DNA of 64,000 nt from Vicugna vicugna (taxonomy: Eukaryota): positions 3,163,050-3,227,049 of the forward strand of contig MU058781.1 in NCBI GenBank assembly GCA_013265495.1, written 5' to 3'. Every line of letters starts with the position of its first letter. Positions within the stretch are counted from its first letter, which is position 1. The position numbers and the translations under genes are program-made. The notes under the pieces are model-generated. The model made no database searches. It saw only the letters and a program-made list of their open reading frames with translations, and was not told the origin of the DNA. This document shows, piece by piece, positions 36,560 through 50,400 of the stretch.

Positions 36560-38560
36560 GTCTGAGACATCTCAGTGTCTCCTCCTTGGCTTCTGCTAAT
36601 CCTTCTTCTACCCCCAGGACTAGTTCTCCTGCCTCTTTTGTTGACTCCTTCACTCTGCCTCGTCCTTCCACTTTGGAGACCCTAAGTGTTCCATTCTTGG
36701 CCTTTCTTACCTTTGAGACTCTATGTGTCTTTGAATGACTTCACTTCAGCTGCCGTATATGTGCTCAAGACATCTGTATCACCAGCCTGAGTTCCAGATC
36801 CCTGTCCCAATCCACTATCTGATTTGTCCACCTGGAAGTCCCACAGGCCCCTTAAATGCAGCAATTGCAAATATGAATTCACTATCTGTACCACCAAAAG
36901 GTGTTCCTCCTCCTCTGTCTCAGGGCCACCGTCCACTCGGTTGCTCTAGTAGCTGGATCCAATCATGAGGCATAAACCTCATAGAAACTGAAAAGAGGAA
37001 GCTTAATGTAAAAATTATTTAAGTAGGATAGCAGAGTAATTATGAAAGTGTAAAAAGGACTCTAAAGGGCAGCCTAGGGCTGAGGGAGAATACCCAAGGA
37101 TGGACAACTTTGGAAGTGGATCTTCCTCCCCAGGCCTGGGGTTCAGATCTCATTGGAGAATGTATGGGTTACAGCCCACAGGATGATGGAGAAGTTGCCT
37201 GGGTGTCCATGCCAGAGCTTATCAACAGTCACTGGGCAACAGGAATCTACCCTCTGGGGTGCAGGTGAGCCCAGCCTGAAGGACAGGTCACAGAGGGAGT
37301 CAGGACACCACGATGAGCATGAGTCCTGGAGTGTGTCATGTGTGCATTGTGGGGGCTACAGCAGTATGGTACCAGAGCAAGCCAAGGATGGCATATTTTG
37401 TGGTGCATCTAGAGCAGGGAGCCATTGGATGTCCCTGCACATTCTGCACCACTTCTGGGCCATGTGGCAAAAGCAAGAAAAAGCAACACTCAGCAACCAC
37501 AGCAGGAAGAGAAGCTCCCTTTTTCCTGCAGTGTCCCCTCTACCGATGTGGTAAAGGAGAAATGATTACAGGGGCCAGTTTATTCTGGCAGAGCAGGTGC
37601 TGAAGGGTGAATCTGGAGCTGAGAGGCAATAAACTGATGGCTGGAATGATTGCCCAAACTAAACTCCTCCCTGCTGCTCACTCTTTCACATTCAGCTACC
37701 AAACCTTGCTAACCACTTAGCAGATACATGTCTCTCGAAGGGAATTCACCTTCTCTCTCACCCCTACCGCCTCTGCCTTGGTTCATCCTCCCCTCTGCTG
37801 TCACGTGTTCTTTGGCCATAACCTTGTAACTGGCCTTCCTGCCACCAGCATATTCTGACTCTAGCCCCAGCACCATGCAAATACCAGATACCTTCCTAAA
37901 ATAACAAAATCATCTTTATGCTCTTGCTTACAAATGTCTGGTGTCTAACTGGCTGGTGCAAGATGTTAATAACAGGAAAAACTGTTGGGGTGGGCATATA
38001 AGCATTCTCTGTACTGTCTACTCAGTTTTCTAAAACTGCTCTAAAAAACAGTTTACTAACTTAAAGAAAAAACCCACCTCTGTGGTCCCCCCACCTTTGC
38101 CAAACTCCTTCTCTTGGCATCAGGTCATTCCCAACCTTCATGTCATTCTGCCTCATCTTTCCATTCTCATCAGACTGAGTTTCCCATACCAAGTCCTGAA
38201 TTTCCACAGCTCTCCTTCAAAACAAGGCATTCCGTTTGTGTGGACAACTTCCCTGCTTCCTTCCCCTGGAAAATTTCTACCCACCCTTCAAGTTCCAGCT
38301 CAGATGTCAGCTCTCAGCAAAACCTTTCAGACAACCAGGGCAATCTAGCTGTTTTATTTCCTTCCACTCTCATTTTATTTCTTAACAGGAAATATTTTAA
38401 ATTTCCTGTTTGCATGTTAGACTTTGTCATTTGTTTGCAAACTAGAGAACAGGGACTGCTTCTTATTCAGCTCTTTACCTCCAGCACCTGTTACAGTGAC
38501 TGGAACAGAATAGACACTCAATAAATGTTTGTGGGATGATGAACGAGGGATGAGTGGATG
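36560..38560 (+). mobile_element. L2 LINE remnant with nested LTR and short L1M fragment (about 37950-38070)
   Basis: L2 body and tail ccagcacctgttacagtgactggaacagaatagacactcaataaatgtttgt. Confidence 0.75.
36965..37648 (-). mobile_element. ERVL LTR (LTR40/LTR41-like)
   Basis: ends gcagagcaggtgctgaagggtgaatctggagctgagaggcaataaactgat, resembling the recalled LTR41-type terminus in reverse. Confidence 0.6.
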
Positions 38561-39049
38561 CTGAGAAGAGCATCAGGAGTCTTGTAGCAAATTTATTGCT
38601 ACGTCTCTGCAATTGGGAGAGCAATATCATTCAGGGAGTCAGGATACGTGTCTTGTGGGGGGAAAATAATAGAGCAAAATAAAAACGCTAGACATTCCTA
38701 TCTGTGCACCCTTAATAAAAGTGTAATGTTGACAACCAGTAAGTTTACAATTGCTAACTCAAAATGATTAATCACTTATATGAATCTCAGGAGAATTGGA
38801 TACTTTTGGGCCTGGGCTCCTGTGTAGAATAAATTGTTGAAGTGATGAAGGGACTAATGGCTTTTACTTTCAACATATCAGCATGAGAGGCCTTTGCACT
38901 TCATCCGCGGTAACTCAGAAATCCAGTGATTTCTAGTTCTATTACTTTTTTAAGTTTAGGTGGAAAAAGAGCAGCAGAGGTAAGCAGAGTGCACATTTGT
39001 GACTATAATTCTGGGTCCCACTAATAATAAGTCAGTGAGCCAGCTGGTT

Positions 39050-39250
39050 GCAAAAGCCAAGACATGGAGGCAACCTAAGTGTCCATCAACAGATAAATGG
39101 ATAAAGAAGATGTGGGGGGGGGTGTATGTGGGTGTGTGTGTGTATAAAATATATACATATATTTATTTATGTATTTATTTATACACAATTTGATGTACAC
39201 CTGAAACGAACACAAAATTGTAAATCAACTATACTTCAATAAAAACATAA
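39050..39250 (+). mobile_element. internally deleted L1 3' fragment
   Basis: gccaagacatggaggcaacctaagtgtccatcaacagataaatggataaagaagatgtgg, then tgtacacctgaaac...tgtaaatcaactatacttcaataaaaa. Confidence 0.85.
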
Positions 39251-41769
39251 GTAAATACGTCAGAACCCCAGTGCTGCACATGAATTCTCCCCTTTAATCC
39301 TCACATTGGTTGCATCAGTTCCTTTTTCCATGACCAGGGACAGTTCTTCAAGCAGCCGCCAGTATGTTATTTTCTCACTCTTAGTGAAAGTGCTAGTGAG
39401 TGTTCTTGAATGAATTTGTCTCAAGGACACAGGTAGCATAGCTGGGGTTTTTCTTCTCCCAGGGCCATTGCATGGGAAGGTGGGAGCCTAGCTCCAGACC
39501 TACAGCTTTTCAAGTTGACCCTAGAGGGGAACTTATACGCTGGCAGAATCATCTGTGTTCATTGCGAGCTGGCCGCCTGTGGTCACCTCCAAGGAGAGAG
39601 CAGTTAGTGAAACGCAGCTCAGACACGAGGTGGATGTTGCCCCTCATTTCAACACGGGAACTGCCCTGACTGAATTGTGCTCAGGAACCCAGAACTTCGG
39701 GGATTCAGAGGTGACAGGCAATCCAGGCATCACTATTCTGATGGTAGTACTAAATATAGAATCCAGTTTTGTGCTTGATGGGAAGCAAAAATAACTACAA
39801 AAACATGATCTTGCCTGCTGGGGCGTGAAGCTTAGCACCACCCACGGTGATAGGATCAGGTGCCAGGACGGAAACAGCACAGCCACTTAGAGCTTTCACC
39901 CTGTGCTCTCCCCATGTGCCACCAAACAGTATCATTGCACGATGGACCACCTTTATAAATCAGTCCAGGAAAATCATGCCTATCAGAAGCCACAAAGTGA
40001 TTTCCACCAGACAGGATAGGTTCACAGTCTCAGTTAGAGGACGGTTCGTTTGGCCCCGCTGCAAATCTCCTCAGCACGTTCCTCCTCATCCAGGAATTGT
40101 CAGATAGCTCTAAGGACACACTGGGCTGGCCTTTTCAAATGCCCATCCCTCCTCTGAACAGCTACTTTTCATGCTGTAGCTGCTGTAATCATGCACACAA
40201 ATCCATAACTTCAGATTGCAAACACAGTTTGTTTCATACATAATTACATCTCCACTCAGTGAAAGGAGTTGAGCACAAATTTTGACAGTGCATTTATAAT
40301 TATGTTTGTTGACATTGCTTCTGCTATTGTACATAAAATTAGCCCTGTTTTGTGAGAGCTGCCACAGCTATCTATCATTATTTCATGTAAAAGAGAGGGT
40401 GTCTATACCACCTTCTCAGACACAAATTTCCAAACACAAAAGAAGTTTCACGACTTACATTGCCTTAAAAGTCAGACCCACAGTAATTAAAGGAATAATC
40501 CTTCCTCCCACAACTCTACCTTATGGCCAGGATTCTGCATGGGACATTGAAGGAAACTGACCTTTTTTCATTTTGCAAATATTTACCGAATATTTTCCAC
40601 AAGCAAGACACTGGGTCAGTGGCTATGGGAGATTACAGGGATAGAATCAGAAACTGAGCCTTCCTTCATAGACCTATTACCTCTGCAGCTAGGAATATTT
40701 AAAGAGAATTCCAGTAGTTTAAAAGGTAAAGCCAAGGAGACTAGAAATGCACCAAAATTAGAAGAGACTCCGAGAAGAAGAGACTCAGGGGGTCTAAGCC
40801 ATGATGGATGGATCCTTATCAAAGACCGTGGAAGTGAATCTACTCCAAAATTGGCCATATTTTAACAATAAATGGTAGGAAAGGTATATGACTGAGACTC
40901 TGCCTTGAAAAATGAATCTACATAAGCTATTTCATATCATATTTAATGAAATTTAGGATAAAACACTGCTATGCTCTAATTCATAAAACAACACACAAAA
41001 AGAATACATTACTTAAAATAACTTTGCAACAAATATTTTGATAGCACAATGCTGCCACCTGGATGTCCCATACGACGTCTGCAGTGTGAATCAGAAAGGA
41101 ATTGCATTTACAAAATTATATGAAGACTTCTGCATTCTCCTAGTATCAGTCCCTTGATTCTGAACGTATTCCCACTGAAGCTGCTATCATGTCATTATCC
41201 TTGCCAATTTTTCCCCTTTTCAGTAGCTAACTAATCTCTTTCAGAAGCTCATGTTTCACTGCTTTGCAGTTTTTCCATCATCATTTTCACTCATTTCTCG
41301 GAACCATATATTCTTCATAGAATTTGCTTTTTCTCTTTATAATTGACTTGCATTGTGTTGTCAGATAACATTATCCATTAGCAAGAAACCAACCTTCAGA
41401 GATGGGATGGACCTGAATAGACTTTAGTATATGGTGTGTAGTAAGTGATATGGGTGATGACTTATAAGTGATAGGTTTACCCATGACTCATGTACATTGT
41501 GATTTTTTTTTTGCTTCTGTGAACAACATAATAAATGTGGAAGTTTGGATAATTAGGAGCTTCTGTTCATGATAATAAAGTTCTAAAGTAAACTCTGAGC
41601 ATTAAACATTTTAGTGTATTAATTCAACCTTGAAAGATATCATTGCCAAGCACAAGTTATGGTTTGTTTTTTTTTAATTTTTGGAAGTATTTTAGAATAT
41701 ATAAAAGATTTGTACTTTAGGCTAAATTGAACTATAGTATGGATTATTGAGACTACTTGTTCTAGATAA

Positions 41770-41880
41770 TATGTGCATATGTACATAAACACATATATAC
41801 ACACACACATTATTTTATATGGATATAGATAATGTGTATGTGAGTATACAGCCATATACACAAACATGTGTACATTCATA
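41770..41880. repeat. TA/CA/TG-rich low-complexity tract
   Basis: degenerate alternating purine-pyrimidine sequence. Confidence 0.7.
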
Positions 41881-42534
41881 GTTATTTAGGTTATTTAAAC
41901 CATATACAAATGAAAGTAGAAGTTTTATTATTGGTTTTATTGTGTATTTCTATAAGCAACCACGCTAAACTTGTTCTCATTAACACTGATTTGCCAAGTT
42001 TTTGACAATGCACTAATTTCCACGAATTCTTAATGAGACATAAAGTGAGATAAAATTCTTAAATTATAGTAAGTAATCATATTTAGCCCTTGCTTACAGT
42101 CATTTGGACCCATCTTAAAAAGGCATAAGTGCTTTTTCTTATGCATTTATATTACAAGTTGATGATCACAATGGAAATAAGACATTTTCAAGTCATTTCT
42201 TTTTGCATCACCCTCCCACATGCACCATTTATGACAGAAATCATCTGTGAGACGCTCATTATGCCAGCGTGGATTGTTTCTCTGGTTCTGGTTCTTTTTC
42301 AGATCCATCACCTAAGTTGCTTATTTATCTTGGCATGTGCTTTCCCGACAGTAGCTGTGATACAGATGCTCAGCAGATGTCGTTTGTGTTTTATATACAA
42401 TCAAGCAGCTCCTAGGAAATTTGTGATGCAAATTTCAAGCACAAATAGCTCCCAACAACTTTATCACCTTTTTTACTGAGGGTTCAAACTAACCTGTTGA
42501 TATAACACAGTTAAGTTGTGATATCAGCTGGGTA

Positions 42535-42700
42535 ATCTCACTTAGTTAACACAATAAGCCTATGAAGACGGTACTATCATTACTTCTGTCATACAGATCA
42601 TAGAACGAGGGCTCAGAGAAGCTCAGTTATTTGCTTAAAGTCACACAGCCAGGATTTGGATCCAGGGCTACCTAATTCCAGAGCCTGGGCTCTTAAACAC
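42535..42700 (-). mobile_element. MIR SINE
   Basis: gggctcagagaagctcagttatttgcttaaagtcacacagcc...ccagagcctgggctcttaaacact. Confidence 0.8.
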
Positions 42701-44039
42701 TGTGGAGAATGGAACAGGTACATACACGCACACACCAAATACCCATGACGGTAAAGCCTATGGCTCAGGACCATTGGAGAATCTGAAGTGTTTTTGTTGA
42801 AAGCAGTCTGATGAACCCAGAGGCATTGTGAAACCCACCTATAAGAAGGTAGATGGAACTTTTCTGTGCAGAAAAAGGGCCAGCTCAGCTGTTTCCTGGC
42901 AGTCTAAGAGGAATCATCCTCCTGGCAGGTTAGCGCATCTCAGAGTTAAGAGGGCTGGACCTCTGACTGCTCCCGGCAGGTGTCTCTTGCCACCAGCATC
43001 ACTGCTTTCTGTCCAGCAGTAAACCTCAGCTGGGTTGTTTGCTCTTGTTCAAGTCTCAGTCACATTCAAGCTCTGTGTAAGCTACGGAGCCCCCTGTCAG
43101 GCTCAGATGAGGAGGTTCAGTCACACCATTGATCATTGCCAGGGTGATGGCTCCATGCCCACACGCCCCAGTGTGTCACCTAGGGCTCATTAACACATTG
43201 AGCAGGAGAAGGACAGATGCCTCCAGAGTGGAAGGCCTGCTGGTGGGTGAGTGATCTTCATCAACCAACCACGGGAGAAGGGCAAGATCTCCTTCCAAAG
43301 CAGTTTTCACTATGTGTGTTAAAAACCACAGTTAGTCCTTCTGGAAGGCTGCTGAGAGAGGCACTGAAAACTCCAGGTTCATCCAGCTTCCATCCCGCTA
43401 CCTACCACCAAAACCGGCTTGAAATTAACGCCCCTGATTCTAGATAGACAGTGAAACTAGGACGGTGCAGATGTTTCCCTTTTTCCTTCAGTGTGCTGGT
43501 TTAGTGGCCACCTTTCCCTCAAAGCCTGCTCCCGTCCTACGGGACTGCTTCCTGCTCAGGGGCCTTGGAGCCTTTGTGGCTGTGCCCCTTGTCTGAGAAG
43601 TTTCCATTCTGTCCACCCAATCGTGTAACAAACCAGTGTAACAAACCCTGACCCAGGGCTGTTTCCTGAGCCAGGCGCTGTGATGGGGCTGAGACAGGGG
43701 GACAAATTAAAACTGTCCGTATCCTCAAGGGACAACCCGGTCCAGCGAACAAGGTGATTGGGTAGAAAGACAACTTCAATAGAGGATGATTCATTCTATA
43801 GCAAAGAGAGGTGAAGGTTCTAGAAGAAGGCAGAGTTGCTGTGTTCACTCACCTCGAGGTGGGCTACCGAAAAGCTGCACAGAGTCAAGGTGCATGAGTT
43901 TTGAAGGAGCAGAGGGGAAAGTCAAGGAGTTTCAGACCAAAGTTCTTTAAATCACAGTGTCTGAGTAAGGGAGAAATACAACGGTATTTTTTAAAGACCT
44001 TCAGGAGATTCCAATTTGTAGCAAAATTTAAGAAGCACT

Positions 44040-44408
44040 GCTCTGGGGGCCCGCCCTACCCAAAACAGAACTGCTCCATCTGGGAAGTTAGGCCCCACCA
44101 ATTTCTCCTCCACTCATGCCCCGCCCAGGGCAGCTGGCAGCCAATGAATGAATGGCTGGCCCAGAGGGACAGAGGGCTGGCCCTCTTGCCTAAAGGTGGG
44201 ACCAACTCTGTGGAGCAATTCATGCTTCAGAGCATCCCCATGGGTCAGGCTGGAGCTAGAACCTAGCCGAGATCACATCCTTGCTTTTAGCCCCTTCCCT
44301 GCCCTAACCTGCCCCTACTCACTCTCTTTCTCCTGAGGGCCTTCACCTAGCAAGTCACATGCGCCTGAAACTCCATCTGGGTTCTGCTTTAGGTACCTGA
44401 CTCCTGAC
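44040..44408 (+). mobile_element. LTR16-family ERVL LTR
   Basis: ggcagccaatga...ggtgggaccaactctgtggagcaattcatgcttcagagcatcccc...ccccttccctgccctaacctgc. Confidence 0.75.
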
Positions 44409-45462
44409 CCCCAGTCCTTCAAGCTGTTCATTATAACGCTTATATAAGGTGGATTTCTGTGTAGTGATGGTGGTAAAATTTCCCAGAGGATGTATGGTCT
44501 CTAAAATGGTATCTGCAAATGATGCATTGTCCCTTTTTCGTACGATTGTGGAGAACAGGGGTTTAATCCAAGGAAGACTGAGGCAACACAGTGACTCTCA
44601 GATGTGAGGCAGACAGATCTAAAGAACAAATGGCTCATTGTTCCTCAGTCACACCACATAAACAGCTGCCAATCTCACCTCTTTTGAGGACTGTTTATTT
44701 ACAGCCAGAGCCTTCAGCTTCTTCACTATGCTGTCTTAGTCTAGAAAAACACATCCAGGATCCCCAGATGATATTCTTGAATAGTTTCTAACTGATCAGC
44801 CTCCACTGAGATTGCGCCTTTATTCAAGCTTGTCAGAAGTAATCATTTTAATTTTCTGTAAATGCCTTCGTGGCACTTCTTGGCTGAGTAATCATTGTTT
44901 TAAAATGTTGATGCAAATGACAATGTCTTTTGAGTCACCAACATGGCCTTTGATTTTTTTTAGAAAATATTTTATCTCCAAATATTTTTTAGTAAAATAT
45001 TTTACCTCCAAAATACCATAAGTAAAGGACTTTCTAATCTAATGGTGAAACCTCCAAACAGTCCCTTTGAACAGAGCTTTTTGGTGTGTCTGGAGAGCTA
45101 CCTTGGGGATTATACAAGAAGGAAGAGAAGTGTAAGAAAGCTGACAGTTGACCCTCAAACAATTACTCGAGTATTTGATAATCATTGTCTTTGCTTGGGT
45201 TGTTACAACATTTGTATATCAGGATAGCCAACCACATCTGTCCTGCAATACATACTGTCCCTGCACAAGTACCCCAGGTTGTAAGTCACTGCAGAGGAGG
45301 GCAGAGGGGACTTAGTCTGGGACTCTGCTTGGAAAGAGTGGAAACAAATATCAACTCAAGGCCAGTTCTAGGTATAAGAAAGGATGTATCAGCACCATGA
45401 TTCTAAGAGTTTGAGCTGAATCTTGTGTCCAAACAAATGCAGAGGACAACCACGTAGGCAGT

Positions 45463-45872
45463 TGTGTTAGTTAAGGTAAAGGCTAAGCTGCTATAACAAA
45501 GGGGCCCCCATACAGGCTTAAGCAAGACAGAAATTTGTTTTTTCTCTCTAACATAACAGCCTAGAAGGAAGTGGTGCAGGGCTGGTGGAGTGGCTCTGCA
45601 GTCTTCAGCATGTGACTTCCAGGCTTGTCCCAGCCATTTTCACTGTAGAGAGTGCGGTGGGAGAGTTTGGAGATGCACTTTCCTCTTTAAAGAAGATACC
45701 CAAAAGCCACACACATTACTTTGACTCATATCCTTTTAGCCTAAATTTAGTCTCATGGTCAAACCTATATGCATGGAAGGTTGGCAAACTTAGTTTTGAG
45801 CATAATGGCGATATGTCCCACTAAACTGAGGGGGTTCTCTTATTAAAAGAAAGGGATCAGCAGTCTCTATCA
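45463..45872 (-). mobile_element. MLT1J/K-like MaLR LTR
   Basis: tgtgttagttaaggtaaaggctaagctgctataacaaag...ggcttaagcaagacagaaattt...ttagtctcatggtc. Confidence 0.75.
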
Positions 45873-46369
45873 TGGCAAGTTAATGTAAATGTTCAGGGAC
45901 CCCCAGATAAATCCAGAAGAAGACAGGAAATGAAGTCTAAGTAGGCACACACCATAGCGCTATGCACATTGTAAACACTGGGTACCTATGCAAAGGCTGG
46001 ATTGACGGGTGAATGCATAAATGGATGAATGAAATGAAAATGTTCATGTCAGCATCCAGAAACTCCAGTTAAATAGGGGTGATATTCACAAAGCAGAGTC
46101 CCATGCAGATGGATTCACATAAGCACAAAAGACCTAGCAGTGTGCACTCTGGCTTGCCCTTGGATATATCCTCTTAAGTGCCGGCCAGCAGAGGTTGGCA
46201 GATGTGTGCTGGGAAACCAAGGAAAGAGCTTAACTCTCATTTCATTGGTGATCTCAGCATCTCACAGCTGGGAAATTCAGCCAGCTGGGACCGAGGCCGC
46301 TGCCCTGGCATTCAGACATCACTCAGACAATAGGAATCTTCCCCTCTCAGCATCCCTTTCACTACAGGT

Positions 46370-46558
46370 CACTGGTTCTCAGAGTATGGTCCCCAGATCA
46401 GTTATATCAGCATCTTCTGGAAACTTTTAGAAAAGCAAATCCTCAGGCCCCACCCACAGAACTAGTAAAAGACAAATTCTGGGGGTGGGACCCAGAAATC
46501 TGTGTTAAATTAGCTCTGTAGATAATTGTGATGCATGTTCAAGTCTGGGCACCACAAC
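46370..46558. mobile_element. MER5A-like MITE
   Basis: ggttctcagagtatggtccccaga...cagcatcttctggaaac...gcaaatcctcaggccccaccc. Confidence 0.8.
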
Positions 46559-46789
46559 TCTAGATAACTGCTTTCCCTCAATTATCTGTTTTCTCCTGAC
46601 ATTACTGAGCCATTACCATTCAGTGTCTTCAGAGAGAAACAGTGCAGCCCAAAATGTAGCTTGGCGTGGCCTGGATCTCACAGGAAGAGAGTGAGAGATC
46701 CTGTTCTGGAATCCTAGATAGGATGCAATTTCAAAAAACTCTCTTATCCACCCGTCTGTCTCTATAGTAGTATATATGTAAACCATCCA

Positions 46790-47470
46790 AGATAGTCATT
46801 GCGGCCAACACTATTCCTGAATATCTCCAAGTGTGGAAATCGTAAGTGCTCTTAATTGTTAGCTCATTCCAGTGTAACCTGAATTTAGGCAAGATATTTT
46901 TCTTTTCTTTATAACCTAACTTCTTCTTATTGTATTGTAAGCCCAGATATCCTTTTTTTTAATTGAAGTATAGTCAGTTTACAATGTTATGTCAATTTCT
47001 GGTGTACAGCATGTTTCAGTCATACATATACATACATATATTCATTTTCATATTCTTTTTCATTGTACATTACTACAAGATATTGAGTATAGTTCCCTTT
47101 GCTATACAGTATAAACTTGTTGTTTATCTATTTTATATATAGTAGTTAGCATCTGCAAATTTCTAACTCCCAGTTTATCCCTTCCCACCCTCTTTCCCCA
47201 CCATAAGTTTGTTTTCTATTTCTGTGACTGTGTTTCTGTTTGTAAATGTAAATAAGTTCATTGTGTCATTTTTTAGATTTCACGTATGAGTGATATCATA
47301 CGGTATTTTTCTTTCTCTTTCTGTAAGCCCATGTATTCTTAAATCTTTTCAAGAGATCTCCAATCTTTGGTCATTCTAGTTATCATTTGTATACTAAAAG
47401 ACATTTATTTAATCATTGTTTATTCTTCTCTCTTCTAAGCTAAACAATTCTAGTTCCTCAAATAAACATC
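46790..47470. mobile_element. L3/CR1 remnant interrupted by L1
   Basis: cctgaatatctccaagtg...ctcattcca before the L1 and cttctctcttctaagctaaacaattctagttcct after it. Confidence 0.5.
46955..47321 (-). mobile_element. 5'-truncated L1 3' end with decayed TSD
   Basis: closely similar to the copy at 13514-14002; TSD tgtaagcccagatatcctt (46936-46954) vs tgtaagcccatgtattctt (47322-47340). Confidence 0.88.
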
Positions 47471-47491
47471 TTTCAATGATCATGATGGTTC

Positions 47492-47839
47492 CTCTATAGT
47501 CTGAATGTTTGTGTCCCCCCAAAATGCATATGTTGAAATCCTAACCCCTAAAGGTGATGGTGTTAGAAGATGGGGCCTTTGGGAGGTACTTAAATCACTA
47601 CAGTGAAACACTTAGGAATGAGATCAGTGCCTTATAAAAGAGACCCCCCAGAGATTCCTAGTGTCTTCTACCATATGAAGATACAATGAGAAGTCTACAA
47701 CCTGCAAGAGGTCACCTGACCATGCTGGTGCCCTGATCTTGGACTTCCAACCTCCAGAACTATGAGAAATTAATTTCTATTGTCTATAAGCCACCCAGTC
47801 TGTGGTGTTTTGTTATAGTAGCTCAAACAGACTAAAACA
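47492..47839 (+). mobile_element. MLT1A/MLT1A0 MaLR solo LTR
   Basis: ctatagtctgaatgtttgtgtccccccaaaatgcatatgttgaaatcc...ttgttatagtagctcaaacagactaaaaca. Confidence 0.9.
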
Positions 47840-47864
47840 GTATCTTAATCCTTTATCAGCATTA

Positions 47865-48010
47865 GCTCATTAATCCTCCTTATAATAACCCTAAGGAATA
47901 GGCACTGTTGTTTTTTCCCAATTTACACGTAAAGAAACTGAGCTTAAGTAAGGTTAACACGCTTGCCTGGGGATACAGAGTTTGGAAATGGCAGGGGAGA
48001 AATTCACCAG
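47865..48010 (-). mobile_element. MIR SINE
   Basis: aataaccctaaggaatagg...ccaatttacacgtaaagaaactgagcttaag. Confidence 0.7.
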
Positions 48011-49578
48011 CTAAGAGTCAATACCCTCAATCTTATGTGTCTATATGTCTAGCATTTATTCCAAATCTTGATGAAGTAACGATTTCATATTTTTCTTAAG
48101 GTTGGAAATTCAGTTGTAAATTAGAAGCTTTAAATGTCGTACAAATATCTACATACTCAAGAATGACTATATGAATTAAAATGTTCATGTTATAAAAGAC
48201 ATGTTATTTCATAAAATTGGATGTTCTAAAGGGATACTTCAAAAAAAGTGATGGTTAAATAATCGTAATTTGAGAATCCAAATGCCGTGAAAACTGGAGG
48301 AAAGAGAAGGAGGCAAAGGTGGCAAATTGATTCATTAGAGTTATCTTCATGGGGGTGAGCACCAACACTATCAAAAAAAGTACTTTTTCCCCCAAACTAC
48401 TTCATGGACAATCCCCTGCTATGTCCCCAGATCTAGAAGAAGGCCTTGCACCTAGTATGTGTACACCATGAAGTTTTAGAAAAATAAACATGGGGTTGAT
48501 TCTTCGTCTTCAAAGAGGGCTTCTAAGGAAAATATCAGAGTCGGGCAGCCCTCAACAACTGCCTGTTGAGATGAGAATTATCTAGAGGCCCACCCGCCCA
48601 TTCTTTGTTTTCTGATGAGCAGACTGAGACCAAGAAGTTATGTAACATGTTCAAGGTCCTATAGATGAACAATGATAGAGTTGGAATTAAAACTCACCTT
48701 CCCTATGTGGGTTCTGCATTTGTCAAAACTCATCAAACTGACTCTTATGATTTGTACATTTCACTGTCTGTAAATTATACGTTAGAAACCCCTCAGTTTT
48801 CCCAGTTCTTTTTTCTGTCATCTCTCTTCCATTATATTTCCCTGCTAAACACTAGATCAGAAAGAAGGTAGCTGATACAGTTCTGGGCTACAAACAGCCT
48901 AACCAAGAAGTCAGACTTTGAACTTCCATGGTACAAATTATAAAATTTCAATAAACTATCAGGGATGGACATAGGAATACTAACTTTGTTTATTTTGTCA
49001 AGGAAGGATAGTAAAAGAAAAAAAAACTTATTATTTAGAATCACCTTCATTTCGCAGAACAAAGGACATGTTAACATTTTAAATATAGAAAGGGTATAAT
49101 CTTGGAATAAAGACAGTATTTCCCCCTAAAGGACTGTTTTTGTTAAAAATTTTAGTGGCCCAGTACAGAGCTCCTGGGCCAAACAAGGAGGAGCCAACAA
49201 AAGAGGGTCATGCCAGGATATTAGACGCCTGACTACACCTCAGGGTATCTTTTCTCCTTCTGACTGGGGTTCATACCTTAATGACTTCATATTCCCACAA
49301 GATCCAGAATTTTCCCTTTTGGGGGATATGGATGAAGCAAGAGTGGGATCAGCAATGCCAAAACTTGAGTTAGACTCTTTGACTTGAGTTGGATTCCCTA
49401 AAAACCATGGACTCCTTGAGAGAGCTCCTACATAAACTACATTAGCCCACACCTGGGGTCCCAACTGCAGCTGGGCAGTTCTTTACTCAGTATGAGCCCT
49501 GTTCAAGGAGACTTTAGAAGTCCGAAAGGACATTTACTCTTTGATCTATTGTAGAAAGAGAAAAATATGGGTTGGTGT

Positions 49579-50063
49579 GTGTTTTGGTTTCCTAGGGAAT
49601 GCTTCAAAACTGGGTGGCTTAAAACAATAGACATTTATTCTCACAGTTCTGGAGGCTTGAAGTCCAAAACTGAGGTGCTAGTAGCGCTATGCTCTCTCTC
49701 TGAAGACTTCAGGGAAGAAACCTCTTTTGTCTCTTCTAGCTTCTGGTGGCAGACTGCAAACCTCGGCATCCCTTGGCTTGTAGATGCATCCCTCCACCTC
49801 TGACCCCGTCCTCACACAGCCTTCTCCCCGTGTGTCTTCACAGTATCTTTCCTACGTACACGCCTGTCTTTGGCTTTCTTCTCTTTCCATTAGGGCACCA
49901 GTCAAATTGGAGTAGAACATACACACACACACTCTGCCCAGTGACCTCGTCTTAACTTAATTACATCTGCAAAGACCTTATTTCCAAATAAGGTCACATT
50001 CACAGGTTCTGGGGCTTAGAACTTTACAGATCTTTTGTGGGGAACACAGTTCAACCCATGACA
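49579..50063 (-). mobile_element. MLT1B/C MaLR solo LTR
   Basis: actgggtggcttaaaacaa...ctcacagttctggaggc...ttacatctgcaaagaccttatttccaaataaggtcacattc...acagttcaacccatgaca. Confidence 0.88.
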
Positions 50064-50249
50064 GTGTATAAGACTCAGTCCACAGTTCTCGTGGGTCATG
50101 GTTTTGAGGAGGACTTCAGATCTGCATCAACTCCCCAAGGACCCTGCCTTTATTCACTGGGTGGGTTACAATTCTGATAGTTCCTGCTGGTCACCTTGCA
50201 TGTGTTTGTATTGCTTCTGGAGGCACACTTGAGGTGTACAAACCATGTC

Positions 50250-50400
50250 TCTATCTCATCAGGTTAGGTACCTGTCTCGTGCTCCAATTTCCCTGTCTAT
50301 AAACTGGGGATAACAGTGGCCCCTTCCTCAGAGGGTTATTACAAGAGTTAAATGAGATAACAGTCACTGTGTGGACCGTAGCAAAGACTCCATAAATGTT
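50250..50400 (+). mobile_element. MIR SINE
   Basis: tttccctgtctataaactggggataacag...ctcagagggttatt...ttaaatgagataa. Confidence 0.75.

Noticed and set aside
42491..42533. Imperfect hairpin as possible pre-miRNA
   Set aside because: Stem of about 12-17 bp is too short for a pre-miRNA; the 11-bp stem at 4503-4527 is rejected for the same reason.
43675..43695. REST/NRSE-like ggcgctgtgatggggctgag
   Set aside because: Spacing is one base short and the conserved CC and GGTGC positions mismatch.
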